A stretch of 64,000 nt of DNA from an uncultured Acidobacteriota bacterium (GTDB lineage: Bacteria > Acidobacteriota > Thermoanaerobaculia > Multivoradales > UBA5704), in contig CAVYRF010000001.1 in assembly GCA_963770895.1 (NCBI GenBank), forward strand, positions 224,001 through 288,000, given 5' to 3'. This document shows positions 18,511 to 29,172 of the stretch, one piece after another. How positions within the stretch are numbered: the stretch's first letter is position 1; every line of letters begins with the position of its first letter. The translations under genes and the position numbers were made by a program. The notes beneath the pieces were generated by a model. The model was not told the origin of the DNA. It worked only from the letters and a program-made list of their open reading frames with translations, and did not search any database.

Positions 18511-19584
18511 ATGCAGGCGATCGTGCTCAAGGAGATCGGTGAGGTGGCGCTCGGCGAACGCCCGGACCCGCGCCTCACGGGTGACGGCGACGCGGTGGTG
18601 CGGGTGACCACGGCGGCGATCTGCGGCTCCGACGTCCATATCGTGGAGGGCCGCGACCGGGGTGTGCGGCCGGGGACGATCCTCGGCCACGAGTTCGTCG
18701 GCGTCGTCGAACAGCTGGCGCCCGGCGTCGCCAACCTGGCGGTCGGCGACCGGGTGCTGGCGCCGTTCACCATCAGCTGCGGCGACTGCTTCTTCTGCCG
18801 GCGGGGGCTGACCGCGCGCTGCGTGCACTCGGCGCCGTTCGGTTTTGTCACCGCCGACGGCTTCGGCCTGGAGGGCGCGCAGGCCGAGCGGGTGCGGGTG
18901 CCGCTCGCCGCGTCGACGCTGCTGCGCCTGCCGGGGGCCGAGGTGGCCGACGAGCAGGTGCTGCTGCTGGGCGACGTCTTTTCGACCGCCTGGTCGTGCG
19001 CCGATGCGGCTGCCTTCGGTCCCGGCGACACCGTGGTGGTGATCGGCTGCGGACCGGTCGGCCTGCTGTGCGTCATGGCGGCTCGCTGGCTGGGAGCGGG
19101 GGCGGTGGTGGCGATCGATCGCATCGACTATCGCCTGGACAAGGCGGCGCGCCTGGGAGCCCGGCCGCTCAACGCGCGCGACCTGCCCGGCGGCGCGATG
19201 CCGCCGCTCGTCGCCGAGCTGACCGCGGGCCGCGGTGCCGATGCGGTGCTCGAAGCGGTGGGCAGCGCGCCGGCCCTCGACCTGGCGCTGGCGGCGGTGC
19301 GCCCCGGCGGCGTGGTGTCGATCGCCGGCTACCACACCGACGCCGTTTATCCGCTGCCGATCCAGGCCGCCTACGGCAAGAACCTCACCTTGCGCATCGG
19401 CCGGTGCAGCGCGCGCTCGGTCATGGAGCGGCTGCTGCCGCGCGTGCTGGCCGAGCGGCTGCCGCTGGCCGACATCATCAGCCACACCCTGCCGCTCAGC
19501 CAGGGCGTCTACGCCTACGACCTGTTCCGCCGTCGCGACGACGCGGCCATCAAGGTGCTGCTCAAACCGGACGGCGCGGCATAG
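18511..19584 (+). CDS. Zn-dependent alcohol dehydrogenase (MDR; formaldehyde/threonine DH-like)
   Basis: ICGSD, GHEFVG, CGDCFFC...C, GCGPVG. Confidence 0.9.
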   Translation: MQAIVLKEIGEVALGERPDPRLTGDGDAVVRVTTAAICGSDVHIVEGRDRGVRPGTILGHEFVGVVEQLAPGVANLAVGDRVLAPFTISCGDCFFCRRGLTARCVHSAPFGFVTADGFGLEGAQAERVRVPLAASTLLRLPGAEVADEQVLLLGDVFSTAWSCADAAAFGPGDTVVVIGCGPVGLLCVMAARWLGAGAVVAIDRIDYRLDKAARLGARPLNARDLPGGAMPPLVAELTAGRGADAVLEAVGSAPALDLALAAVRPGGVVSIAGYHTDAVYPLPIQAAYGKNLTLRIGRCSARSVMERLLPRVLAERLPLADIISHTLPLSQGVYAYDLFRRRDDAAIKVLLKPDGAA

Positions 19585-19610
19585 TATCGCGCGGGAGCTC
19601 GCCAGCCGCC

Positions 19611-21428
19611 ATGGAATCGTCATCGATGGGTGCCCCTGAGAAAGACCGCCCGCCCGGCGGCGGTGCGCCCGGCGCCGCGGCGGCGCCGGGCTTTGCCATG
19701 CCGGCCGAATCGCGCGCCGCCCTGTGGTGGCTGCTCGGTCTGCTGGTGGCGTGGTCGTCGTGGTTCATCTATCGCACGTCGTTCGTCGCCGGCGGCCAGC
19801 GCGTGTTCTGCCTCTTCGATGACGCCATGATCTCGATGGCGTACGCCAGGAACCTGCTGGCGGGATACGGCCTGAACTGGGCGCGCTCCGGACGCCCGGT
19901 CGAAGGTTTCACCCACCCGCTGTGGACCGCCCTGATGGTGCCGGTCAACGCGCTGCCGCTCGCCCTGCGCTACAGGAGCCTGGTGGTGCAGGCGATGTCG
20001 CTCGCCCTGCTCGCCGCCAACGTCGTCCTGGTGCGCCGGCTGGTGCTGCGTTTCTTCTCGACCGAGAGGGCGCGGCACTGGCTGCCGGCGGCGCTGCTGA
20101 CCGCCTTCTACTACCCGCTCGACTACTGGTCGCTGGTCGGCATGGAAACCGGGTTGCAGGCGCTGCTGGTCACCGCCTCGGTGCTGCTTGCCTTCGACAT
20201 CGTTTGCCGCGGCCGCGATCGCCAGCGCGAGCTGCTGCTGGTGGGCGCCGCCGCCTACCTGCTGCGCATGGACATGCTGCTGATGGTCGCGGTGGTGCAG
20301 GGCTTCGTCATCGCCTGCGGCGGCCGGCGCGTCCTGGGCGCCCGCTTCTGGCAGGGGCTGGCAGCGCTGGCCGCGGTGATCGCCGGCAGCAGCGCGCTGC
20401 GCTGGTTCTACTTCGGCGACCTGCTGCCCAACACCTACTATCTCAAGCTGTATCGCGTGCCGCTGGAAGTGCGGCTGCTGCGCGGCTACAAGCTGCTGTC
20501 GATGATGATCCTGGATCACGTGCTGCTGCTGCTCGCGATCGGCGCCGGCGTCGGCGTGCTGGTGCGCTACGGCCGCGACCGCGGGCTTGCCCGGCGCCTG
20601 ATGCTGCCGTCGCTGCTGCTGCTGGCGGCGTTCGCCTACAGCGTCTACGTCGGCGGCGACGCCTGGGACATGCAGGTCAACATGCGCGCCAATCGCTTTA
20701 TCGCCTATGTGATGCCGCAGCTGTTCGTGCTGTTCGCCGCGGTGCTCAACCAGCTCGCCGACCGCATGGCCGCGCGCCCCACCGGCGACGGCCTGGGCCG
20801 CCACTTCGTGGTCGCGGCGGCGACGGCGCTGGCCTTTCTGATCGCCAACGGCCTGTGGATGGCGGACCAGGACACCGACAACTGGCAGGCGCTGGCCGTC
20901 ACCCGCAGCCCCTACGAGATGGACGTGCAGGCGGCGGTCTACGAGAAGCTGCTCAAGCTGGAACGCGCGCTGGGGCCCACCGGCGTCGTGTCGACCAGCT
21001 CCGCCGGCCTGCCCGCCTTCTTCACCGACTACCAGATGGTCGACGTCCTGGGCTACAACGAACGCCACATCGCGCGCCTGGCGCCCGCCATCCCGCTGGG
21101 CCCCGACACCTACATGAATTACGTCCCCGGCCACGTCAAGTGGGACTACCCGTACGTCATCCTGCACTACCACCCCGACGCCCTGCTGCAGCCCTGGGGC
21201 ACCGGCGTGCGCCTGGCCTGGCTCACTTCCCTGGGCTACCGCCGCGAACGCGAAGGCGACTTCTGGATCCTCCAGCGTCCCGCCGCGCCGGGCGCCGCCG
21301 TCTCCGTCGCGCCGGGCGCCGCCGTCCCCGTCGCGCCGGGCGCCCCCGCCACTCCGTCCCCGCTGTCGACCGCGCCGCCCATCCCGTCCGCCCCGCCCAA
21401 CGCCGCGCCGGGCGCCGGCACACGCTAA
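19611..21428 (+). CDS. Multi-TM GT-C-fold glycosyltransferase-like protein
   Basis: [38 protein letters not shown], many TM helices, C-terminal soluble domain (DVLG). Confidence 0.7.
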   Translation: MESSSMGAPEKDRPPGGGAPGAAAAPGFAMPAESRAALWWLLGLLVAWSSWFIYRTSFVAGGQRVFCLFDDAMISMAYARNLLAGYGLNWARSGRPVEGFTHPLWTALMVPVNALPLALRYRSLVVQAMSLALLAANVVLVRRLVLRFFSTERARHWLPAALLTAFYYPLDYWSLVGMETGLQALLVTASVLLAFDIVCRGRDRQRELLLVGAAAYLLRMDMLLMVAVVQGFVIACGGRRVLGARFWQGLAALAAVIAGSSALRWFYFGDLLPNTYYLKLYRVPLEVRLLRGYKLLSMMILDHVLLLLAIGAGVGVLVRYGRDRGLARRLMLPSLLLLAAFAYSVYVGGDAWDMQVNMRANRFIAYVMPQLFVLFAAVLNQLADRMAARPTGDGLGRHFVVAAATALAFLIANGLWMADQDTDNWQALAVTRSPYEMDVQAAVYEKLLKLERALGPTGVVSTSSAGLPAFFTDYQMVDVLGYNERHIARLAPAIPLGPDTYMNYVPGHVKWDYPYVILHYHPDALLQPWGTGVRLAWLTSLGYRREREGDFWILQRPAAPGAAVSVAPGAAVPVAPGAPATPSPLSTAPPIPSAPPNAAPGAGTR

Positions 21429-21748
21429 CCGGCGGCGGCCGGAGCCGCGGCAGCCTGAGCGGCGATCCGGGTGCGCAGGATGGCCGCCGCGGCGACCATG
21501 TTGCGCAAGGCCGCGTCGACCTCCGGCCAGCCCCTGGTCTTGAGGTCACAGTCGGGGTTCACCCAGATCCGCTCCGCCGGCACCACGCGCGCTGCCTTGT
21601 CGAGCAGCTCGACCATCTCTTCGCACGTCGGCACGCGCGGCGAATGGATGTCGTACACGCCGGGACCGATGTCGTTCGGATAGCGGAAGGTGGCGAAGTC
21701 GCCCAGCAGCTCCATGCGGGACCGCGAGGTTTCGATCGCCAGCACGTC
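21425..21748 (-). pseudogene. metE: C-terminal fragment of cobalamin-independent methionine synthase
   Basis: [26 protein letters not shown](D)LKTR; only the last ~105 aa are present. Confidence 0.85.
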
Positions 21749-21753
21749 GCGCC

Positions 21754-22062
21754 AGGATCACCTGCCGCGAGGAGCCCGCCTTCACGCGCGACTATCTCGA
21801 CCCCGACAAGCGTTCGATCGCCAATGCTCTCACCGTGACCCTCGACGACGGCACGGTCCTGCCCGAGGTGCGAGTCGACTACCCGATCGGCCACCGCCGC
21901 CGGCGCGCCGAAGGATTCCCGCTGCTCGCGGCAGAGTTCTGCACCAACCTCGCCCGCCGCTTCGCGGCCCCCCGGCAGGCCGCCATCCTCGATCTTTCGC
22001 TCGATGACCGGCGGCTTGCGGCGACGCCGGTGCCCGCATGCGTCGACGCGTACATTCCATGA
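21754..22062 (+). pseudogene. prpD: C-terminal fragment of 2-methylcitrate dehydratase
   Basis: FTRDYLDPDKRSIANAL, YPIGHRRRRAEG; only the last ~100 aa are present. Confidence 0.8.
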
Positions 22063-22194
22063 GATTCCCGCGTGCGCGTTGGCGTATTTGCCCGAGGATC
22101 GAAATAGTTCCGTAGGCACCCGCGGCGCTGGAGGCCCGCTAGCCGGCTACCGAGGATGGGCTACACTGAAGCTCGATTCTCGGAGGTTGCCAGA

Positions 22195-25100
22195 GTGAGC
22201 TTGAAATCGATCCCCGCCGTGCAACGCGTCGCCCGCTTTCAGAGCCTGATCCTGATCCTGGTCCTGGTGCTGCTCTCGATCCTGCGGCCTGTTGTCGCAG
22301 GAGCGGCCGAGGACGCATCGCCCGCAACGCCGACGTCGCCGGTCGCCTGGACGCCGGCGCCTGCCGCGTCCGGTGTGTCCGCCGGCGCCGGCGAGCCGCT
22401 ATCCGCGGCGGCGACCCCGACCGCCGGGGTGCCGCCAGCCATGCTGTCGCATCTGCAGTGGCGGATGATCGGGCCGTTCCGGGGTGGGCGGACGGTGGCG
22501 GCGGTGGGGGTGCCGGGACACCCCAACCTGTTCTACATGGGGGTGAACAACGGCGGCGTTTGGAAGACCGATGACGCCGGGCGCACCTGGCAGCCGATCT
22601 TCGACGACCAGCCGACGCAATCGATCGGCTCGATCGCCGTGGCGCCGTCCGATCCGCGGGTGCTGTACGTGGGCAGCGGCGAGGGGCTGCAACGGCCCGA
22701 CCTGTCGGTCGGCGACGGCATCTATAAATCGACCGACGGCGGCGCCACCTGGCAGCACCTGGGCCTGCGCGACGGCCAGCAGATCCCGGCCCTGCTGGTC
22801 GATCCGCACGACCCCGAGCGGGTGTTCGCCGCGGTGCTCGGGCACCCCTATGGGGCCAACGCGGAGCGCGGCGTGTTTCGCTCGACCGACGGCGGCCGCA
22901 GCTGGCAGAAGGTGCTGTACAAGGACGACAACACCGGCGCCGTGGACCTGGCCTTCGATCCCGCCGACCCGCGCATCGTCTATGCCTCGCTGTGGGCCGC
23001 CCGTCAGGCGCCTTGGGAGATCGGCGGGTCGTTTGCGATCGCCGGCAGCGGCCTGTACAAGTCGATCGACGGCGGCGATACCTGGAAGCCGCTCACCCAG
23101 GGCCTGCCGGGAGCCGCGGAGGGGCTGGGCCGCATCGGCATCGGTGTCGCTCCCAGCCGGCGCGAGCGCATCTACCTGCAGGTCGAAGCCGACGCCCGCC
23201 ACACCGGCGTGTACCGTTCCGACGACGGCGGCGCCAGCTTCCACCGGGTCGACGACGAAGGGCGGGTCTCGGGACGCGGCGCGGATTTCGCGGAGATCAA
23301 GGCGGACCCCAAGGATGCCGACGTGGTGTATGTCTGCAACACCTCCACCTATCGTTCGACGGACGCGGGCGTCACCTGGACCGCCATCAAGGGCGCGCCG
23401 GGCGGCGACGACTACCATCGCATCTGGATCGATCCCGATCATCCGCAGGTGCTGCTGCTGGGCAACGACCAGGGGGCGGTGATCAGCCAGAACGGCGGCA
23501 GGACGTGGAGCTCGTGGTACAACCAGCCGACGGCGCAGTTCTACCACGTCATCACCGACGACCGCTTCCCCTATTGGGTCTACGGCGGCCAGCAGGAGAG
23601 CGGTTCCGCGGCGGTCGCCAGCCGCGGCAACGACGGTCAGATCACCTTCCGCGACTGGCATCCGGTCGGCGCCGAAGAATACGGCTACATCGCGCCCGAC
23701 CCGCTGCACCCCAACCTGGTCTACGGCGGCAAGCTCTCCCGCTTCGACTGGTCCACCGGCCAGGTGCAGGACGTCGCGCCCGAAACCCTGCGCGGCGGCA
23801 AGATCCGCTACGTGCGGACGCAGCCCCTGGTCTTTTCGCCGGCCGACCCGCACGTCCTGTACTACGCCGGCAGCGTGCTGTTCCAGACCACCGACGGCGG
23901 CCAGAGCTGGCAGACCATCAGCCCCGATCTCACCCGGCCGCATCCCGAAGTGCCCGCCGTGCTCGGCGCCTTCACCGCCGCCGACCCCCAGGCCGGCGCG
24001 CACCGCGGCGTCATCTACGCGCTGGCGCCGGCGTGGTCCGACGTACGCCAGATCTGGGCCGGCACCGACGACGGGCTCATCCAGCTCACCCGCGACGGCG
24101 GTGCCCACTGGCAGGACGTCACCCCGCCGGCGCTCACCTCGTGGAGCAAGGTGTCGGTGCTTGAGGCGTCGCACTTCGACACCGCCACCGCCTACGCCGC
24201 CATCAATCGCTTCCGCCTCGACGACCTGCACCCGCACATCCTGCGCACCCGCGACTTCGGCAAGACCTGGCAGGAGATCGTCCAGGGCCTGCCCGACAAC
24301 GAGGTGGTCAACACCGTGCGCCAGGACCGCGTGCGGCGCGGCCTGCTCTTCGCCGGCACCGAGCGCGGCGTCTACGTTTCGTTCGACGACGGCGACCACT
24401 GGCAATCGCTGCGCCGCAATCTCCCCGCGACCGCCGTGCGCGACCTGGCCCTGCACGGCGACGACCTGATCGCCGGCACCCACGGCCGTTCGTTCTGGAT
24501 CATGGACGACATCAGCTCGCTGCGGGAGCTGGACGCGCACGTGCTGGCCGCGGCGCCGGCGTACCTGTTTCAGCCCGCGCCCGCCTACCGCCTGCGCCGC
24601 GACCTGAACACCGATACGCCCCTGCCGCCCGACGAGCCCTCCGGCAAGAACCCGCCGGACGGCGCCATCCTGGAGTACCTGCTGCAGGCCCCGGTCGCCG
24701 GCCCGGTCGCCATCGAGATCCGCACCGCCGGCGGCGACCTGGTGCGGCGCTACGGCAGCGACGATCGGCTCGCGCCGGTCGATCCCAAGACCCTGGCCGT
24801 GCCGATGTACTGGGTGCGCCCGCCGCAGCCTTTGCCAGGGGACCCCGGCCTGCATCGCTTCGTCTGGGACCTGCGCTTCCCGCCGCCGGAGTCGCTGCAC
24901 CGCGACTACCCGATCGCCGCCATCCTCCACGACACTCCGGCCGAGCCCCAGGGGCCGCTGGTCCTCCCCGGCCAGTACCAGGTCCGCCTGTCGGTGGGCG
25001 GCCAGACCTTCACCCGGTCGCTCACCGTCAAGATGGACCCCCGCGTCCAGGTCACCGCCGCCGATCTGGCCCGCCAGGCCGCCCTGGCCGCAACCCTGGA

Positions 25101-25551
25101 AACCGCCATCCACCGCGACGCCGCCGCGCTGCGCCAGATCCACGATCTGCACGCCCGCCTGGCCGGCCTTGCCACCGCGGTCCAGACCGCCGACCAGCGC
25201 CAGGCCGCCACCACCCTGGACATCCGCCTGGCCGCCCTGGCCACCGGCGGCCCCGGCGGCGATGACGACGAGGATGAAGAAGAAGCCGATGCTCCAACCG
25301 GCAGCGCCGCCGACAACCTGACCCAGCTCAACGGCGAGCTATCGCGCCTGCTGGTCGCCATCGACGAAACCGACGCCGCCCCCACCACCCAACAGACCGC
25401 CGCTGTCGCCACCCTGACGCAGCGCCTGGGCGCGGTCCTCGATCACCTGGCCGCCCTCCAGGCCCAGGACCTGCCCGCCTTGGCCCTCAGCGAGCCCGCC
25501 CAGCCGGAGGGAGCCGCCGCTCCTCATCCCAAGGCAAGCCAGGCCCCCTGA
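22195..25551 (+). CDS. Large secreted BNR/Asp-box (VPS10/GH74-like) beta-propeller glycosyl-hydrolase-like protein
   Basis: WRMIGPFRGGR and many S/T-x-D-G-G-x-T/S-W boxes; signal peptide; GGAGG RBS before GTG 22195. Confidence 0.88.
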   Translation: MSLKSIPAVQRVARFQSLILILVLVLLSILRPVVAGAAEDASPATPTSPVAWTPAPAASGVSAGAGEPLSAAATPTAGVPPAMLSHLQWRMIGPFRGGRTVAAVGVPGHPNLFYMGVNNGGVWKTDDAGRTWQPIFDDQPTQSIGSIAVAPSDPRVLYVGSGEGLQRPDLSVGDGIYKSTDGGATWQHLGLRDGQQIPALLVDPHDPERVFAAVLGHPYGANAERGVFRSTDGGRSWQKVLYKDDNTGAVDLAFDPADPRIVYASLWAARQAPWEIGGSFAIAGSGLYKSIDGGDTWKPLTQGLPGAAEGLGRIGIGVAPSRRERIYLQVEADARHTGVYRSDDGGASFHRVDDEGRVSGRGADFAEIKADPKDADVVYVCNTSTYRSTDAGVTWTAIKGAPGGDDYHRIWIDPDHPQVLLLGNDQGAVISQNGGRTWSSWYNQPTAQFYHVITDDRFPYWVYGGQQESGSAAVASRGNDGQITFRDWHPVGAEEYGYIAPDPLHPNLVYGGKLSRFDWSTGQVQDVAPETLRGGKIRYVRTQPLVFSPADPHVLYYAGSVLFQTTDGGQSWQTISPDLTRPHPEVPAVLGAFTAADPQAGAHRGVIYALAPAWSDVRQIWAGTDDGLIQLTRDGGAHWQDVTPPALTSWSKVSVLEASHFDTATAYAAINRFRLDDLHPHILRTRDFGKTWQEIVQGLPDNEVVNTVRQDRVRRGLLFAGTERGVYVSFDDGDHWQSLRRNLPATAVRDLALHGDDLIAGTHGRSFWIMDDISSLRELDAHVLAAAPAYLFQPAPAYRLRRDLNTDTPLPPDEPSGKNPPDGAILEYLLQAPVAGPVAIEIRTAGGDLVRRYGSDDRLAPVDPKTLAVPMYWVRPPQPLPGDPGLHRFVWDLRFPPPESLHRDYPIAAILHDTPAEPQGPLVLPGQYQVRLSVGGQTFTRSLTVKMDPRVQVTAADLARQAALAATLETAIHRDAAALRQIHDLHARLAGLATAVQTADQRQAATTLDIRLAALATGGPGGDDDEDEEEADAPTGSAADNLTQLNGELSRLLVAIDETDAAPTTQQTAAVATLTQRLGAVLDHLAALQAQDLPALALSEPAQPEGAAAPHPKASQAP

Positions 25552-25858
25552 CTGGCGCCGCTGGCCCGCCAGCGCTAAGCCTGGGATGGTGGGAGGTCCA
25601 GGAATTGAAGCTCCTCGACGGGACCCGGCTAATATTCAAATCCAGGTCCTTGCGGTCGCTGCGCGAGCCTGCCGGTGAGCCGCAGCCGTCAGATCCACGC
25701 CGCTTTTCGCGATAGGCACATCGTCTTCGGACACACAGGATAGCCAGGGGGTAGGAGGCTCCACGAGTCGTCACCATGTCCTACAATGGTGTAGCGAGAA
25801 ACCGTGGGTCATTCGCTGCGCGGCATCAGACCGCGCTAGCCAGCCGGAGGTCGCGCTC

Positions 25859-27235
25859 ATGCTTACAAGGCTTTCGTTTCAAAGCTTCAAGTCGTGGCGC
25901 GATACCGGCAATATCCGCTTGGCGCCGATTACTGCTCTCTTCGGATCCAACAGCTCCGGTAAGACAAGCATCGTTCAGATGCTGCTCTTGTTGAAGCAGA
26001 CGGCGGAATCTCCTGACAGGGCACAGGTTTTGAACCTGGGTGACGATCGAAGCCTGGTTGACCTCGGTACATTCCAGGATGTCCTCTTCGCACATCAGCT
26101 GACCAATTCTCTAGACGTGCGGATCGCCTGGGCCTTGCCTACGCATCTGGAGATTGCAGATCCGACTACCAGAGGCAGCATCCTTTTCCAGGGCGACGAG
26201 ATCGAGTTTTCCACTTCTATCGAGTGGCACGCAAACGGTGAAGCCGGCCCTGGTCGGCCACTCGTCCAACAGATGCAGTATCGCTTCGCTGGCAGACAAT
26301 TTGGCATGCGGCAAGCAGCAGGAAAAAAATCCGAGTATGTCCTCTTTAGTCTACCATCCAGCTTCAAGTTCATCCGCACTCAAGGCCGCAAGTGGCCGTT
26401 GCCACCTCCAGTGAAGTGCTATGGCTTCCCCGATCAAGTAAAAGCATACTATCAAAATGGCAGCTTTCTCTCCGACTTCGAGCTGCGGTTCGAAGAGCTT
26501 TGCGGCCGGCTCTTCTATCTCGGCCCTCTCAGGGAGTATCCGCAGCGGCAATACCAATGGGCAGGCGCCCAGCCAGCGGACATGGGGCGGCGCGGCGAAC
26601 GAGTAGTAGACGCGTTGCTGGCTTCGCGCGAATCAGGGGTGAAGCTTTCCCGCGGCCGTGGAAGGACACGCACCACAGTCGAAGAGCGGGTCGCGGAATG
26701 GCTCAAGGAACTGGGTCTGATCGATTCGTTCGAAGTGCGCGCCATCGCCGGCAGCCGCCTTTTCCAGGTTTGGGTCCGACGCCACCCTGGGACACCCGAG
26801 GTGTTGATCACAGACGTTGGCTTTGGCATATCGCAGATCCTGCCGGTGCTCACGCTATGCTATTACGCCCCAGAAGGCTCCACCGTCCTTCTCGAGCAAC
26901 CGGAAATCCACCTCCATCCTAGCGTGCAGGCGGGGCTCGCGGACGTGATTATCGACGCAATGAAGACGCGCCACATTCAGATCGTCCTGGAGAGCCATAG
27001 CGAGCATCTGCTCCGTCGCCTGCAGCGGCGTATGGCGGAAGAGCAGCTCCAGCCCGACGACGCCGCGTTCTACTTTTGCAATGAAATTGGAGGAGAGTCC
27101 AGGTTGACCCCCCTTGAGCTGGACTCTTTCGGAAACATCGAGAACTGGCCGAAGGATTTCTTTGGTGACGACTTTGGCGAGATTGCTGCGATGAGTCAGG
27201 CCGCTCTTGAGCGTAGACGGAGAGGTGCCAAGTGA
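25859..27235 (+). CDS. AAA_15/AAA_21 ABC-type ATPase with C-terminal DUF3696
   Basis: Walker A GSNSSGKT, DVGFGISQ signature, LLEQPEIHLHP, ESHSEH, NWPKDFF. Confidence 0.88.
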   Translation: MLTRLSFQSFKSWRDTGNIRLAPITALFGSNSSGKTSIVQMLLLLKQTAESPDRAQVLNLGDDRSLVDLGTFQDVLFAHQLTNSLDVRIAWALPTHLEIADPTTRGSILFQGDEIEFSTSIEWHANGEAGPGRPLVQQMQYRFAGRQFGMRQAAGKKSEYVLFSLPSSFKFIRTQGRKWPLPPPVKCYGFPDQVKAYYQNGSFLSDFELRFEELCGRLFYLGPLREYPQRQYQWAGAQPADMGRRGERVVDALLASRESGVKLSRGRGRTRTTVEERVAEWLKELGLIDSFEVRAIAGSRLFQVWVRRHPGTPEVLITDVGFGISQILPVLTLCYYAPEGSTVLLEQPEIHLHPSVQAGLADVIIDAMKTRHIQIVLESHSEHLLRRLQRRMAEEQLQPDDAAFYFCNEIGGESRLTPLELDSFGNIENWPKDFFGDDFGEIAAMSQAALERRRRGAK

Positions 27236-27780
27236 ACCACTCCGTGGTGATGGACACCAATGTGGCAGTAGTTGCCAACGGCAGATCGCATGCTGGAGAC
27301 AAATGCAGGCAGACTTGCATAGAGACTCTCAGGGCGTGCAGGGAGCGCCACCGATTACTGCTCGATCAGCAGGGCCTCATCATCGAAGAGTACCGCAGAC
27401 ATCTGTCGCCTTCCGGCCAGCCTGGCGCCGGCGATGAGTTTTTCAGATGGTTGTGGAACAATCAGGCAAACCCTCGGCACTGCCGACAGGTACTGGTCAA
27501 AATTGTTGAAGCTCCGCGCGGATTCGAGGAGTTTCCAGCCGATCCAGACCTGGCGGGCCTAGATCCCTCAGATCGTAAGTTCGTGGCGGTTGCGATTGCC
27601 AGCGAGGAACAACCAAACATCCTGAATGCATCCGATAACGACTGGTGGCCCTATCAGGAGGTCCTGCGAAGCCATGGGGTCGAGGTTCTGTTCCTCTGCC
27701 CAGAGTTGATGAGAGCGGAATCAGCCGGAGATGCAGGGACGCTCACTGGTTCCAAACGCCGACGGCGGCGAGGTAGATGA
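27232..27780 (+). CDS. PIN-like domain protein
   Basis: VVMDTNV, IIEEY, DPSDRKFVAVA and SDND acidic quartet; GTGA overlap with the ATPase. Confidence 0.7.
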   Translation: MNHSVVMDTNVAVVANGRSHAGDKCRQTCIETLRACRERHRLLLDQQGLIIEEYRRHLSPSGQPGAGDEFFRWLWNNQANPRHCRQVLVKIVEAPRGFEEFPADPDLAGLDPSDRKFVAVAIASEEQPNILNASDNDWWPYQEVLRSHGVEVLFLCPELMRAESAGDAGTLTGSKRRRRRGR

Positions 27781-27945
27781 CTCGCACTTCATTTCGCGCT
27801 AATGAGGGAAGTACATTCGTTCGATGTCGGCCGGCTCGGTGAAAGGGCTCAAGAGGGCGCTTGGCTCCCCTGTCAGGTCCAGCTGGCGGAAGGTGTTGGC
27901 GACTCTGACGTAAGACTTGGCGCGGTCTGTGCTTGAGCGGTGAGA

Positions 27946-28794
27946 ATGGCTCGAGCGCGCGACAAGGTGACCAGGGGCCTGGCCGGCGAGGTCAGCGACG
28001 CCCAGGATGGGGTCAAGGCACAAAAGTCGTACCGCAAGATCCTGGCGCAGGAGATCGCGACCGGCGTCGAGGAGCTGGAGCGCTCCACCAGCGGGTTGCT
28101 GCTGTCAGGATTGTCGGCGGGCCTCGACGTGGGATTCAGCCTGTTCCTGATGGGGGTCATGATGACCCTGGCAGGCCCAACCCTTCCCCGTCCGGTGGTC
28201 GAAATCCTGGTCGCCTGCATGTATTCCGTCGGCTTCATCTTTGTCATCCTGGGGCGCTCCGAGCTCTTCACCGAGCACACGACCCTTGCCGTCCTGCCTG
28301 TCCTGGGCGGGCGTGCCACTGTGCCGCAGCTGCTGCGTTTGTGGGGGCTGATCTACGTTTCCAATCTGGCAGGAGCCACGATCTTCGCGGCGATCGCTGC
28401 CTGGGTCGGTCCAGCCCTGGGCGTGATCGAACCCTGGGCGCTCGGCAAGATCGCCCACGGTCTGGTCGATCATCCCGCGCCGGTGGTCCTGGCCAGCGGC
28501 GTTCTTGCCGGGTGGATGATGGGCCTCCTATCCTGGCTGGTCACCGCCGCCCGCGACACCGTCAGCCAGCTCCTTTTTGTCTGGCTGATCACCTTCGCCA
28601 TCGGCCTTTCGCACCTGCACCACGCCATCGCCGGCACGGTCGAAGTCCTGGCCGGTCTGTTCAGCGGTCAAGGCATCACCGCCAACGCCTTCGCCCTTTT
28701 CCTACTCCTGTCTACTGCCGGCAACATCCTGGGCGGCGTCATCTTCGTCGCCATTCTCAAGTTCGCCCACGCCACCCAAGCCGGCGCGGAGTGA
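27946..28794 (+). CDS. Formate/nitrite transporter (FNT) family protein
   Basis: GLSAGL, SELFTEHT, HHAIAG, GNILGG; 6 TM helices. Confidence 0.88.
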   Translation: MARARDKVTRGLAGEVSDAQDGVKAQKSYRKILAQEIATGVEELERSTSGLLLSGLSAGLDVGFSLFLMGVMMTLAGPTLPRPVVEILVACMYSVGFIFVILGRSELFTEHTTLAVLPVLGGRATVPQLLRLWGLIYVSNLAGATIFAAIAAWVGPALGVIEPWALGKIAHGLVDHPAPVVLASGVLAGWMMGLLSWLVTAARDTVSQLLFVWLITFAIGLSHLHHAIAGTVEVLAGLFSGQGITANAFALFLLLSTAGNILGGVIFVAILKFAHATQAGAE

Positions 28795-28873
28795 TCCGCC
28801 GCCACTCTCTGCCACGGAGAGCCGTGCCCTTTCCGGGCCAGGGCTGTCGCGGCAAGGGTGGGATCGCCTGCGA

Positions 28874-29121
28874 GTGCTGCCCACCGCGGCCATCGACCTG
28901 TTCGTCACGGATGTGGTAATGCCCGGGCTGCAGGGTCCCGAGCTGGCGCGCCGCCTGGTGGCACACCCCGAGGCCAAGGTGCTCCTGATCTCAGGCTATG
29001 CCGAGGGCATCTTGGCCGCAGCGAGGGCGGCGATGGCTGCGGCAATTTCCTGCAAAAGCCCTTTTGCCCAGACGAGCTGTTGGACCGCGTGCGCCGACTG
29101 CTTGGCCCCAAGGCTTCCTAG
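28874..29121 (+). pseudogene. Response-regulator receiver fragment, 5'-truncated and frameshifted
   Basis: DLFVTDVVMPG...LISGY, then FLQKPF in a different frame. Confidence 0.75.
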
Positions 29122-29172
29122 CGGCCCTGGGCCTGCAGCCAAGCGGTCAGGCTGCGGGATTCAGCTCGAAGG

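Noticed and set aside
17673-19124. 483-aa extended pilin ORF
   Set aside because: The extension is the antisense shadow of the dehydrogenase; the prepilin leader and RBS are at 18209
2880-27780. Menshen system made of the DUF262 gene plus the DUF3696 ATPase
   Set aside because: The genes are 21 kb apart on opposite strands, and the DUF262 protein has its own nuclease domain
27799-27930. Possible gene C-terminal remnant (…RVANTFRQLDLTGEPSALLSPFTEPADIERMYFPH)
   Set aside because: Looks protein-like but I cannot assign a family
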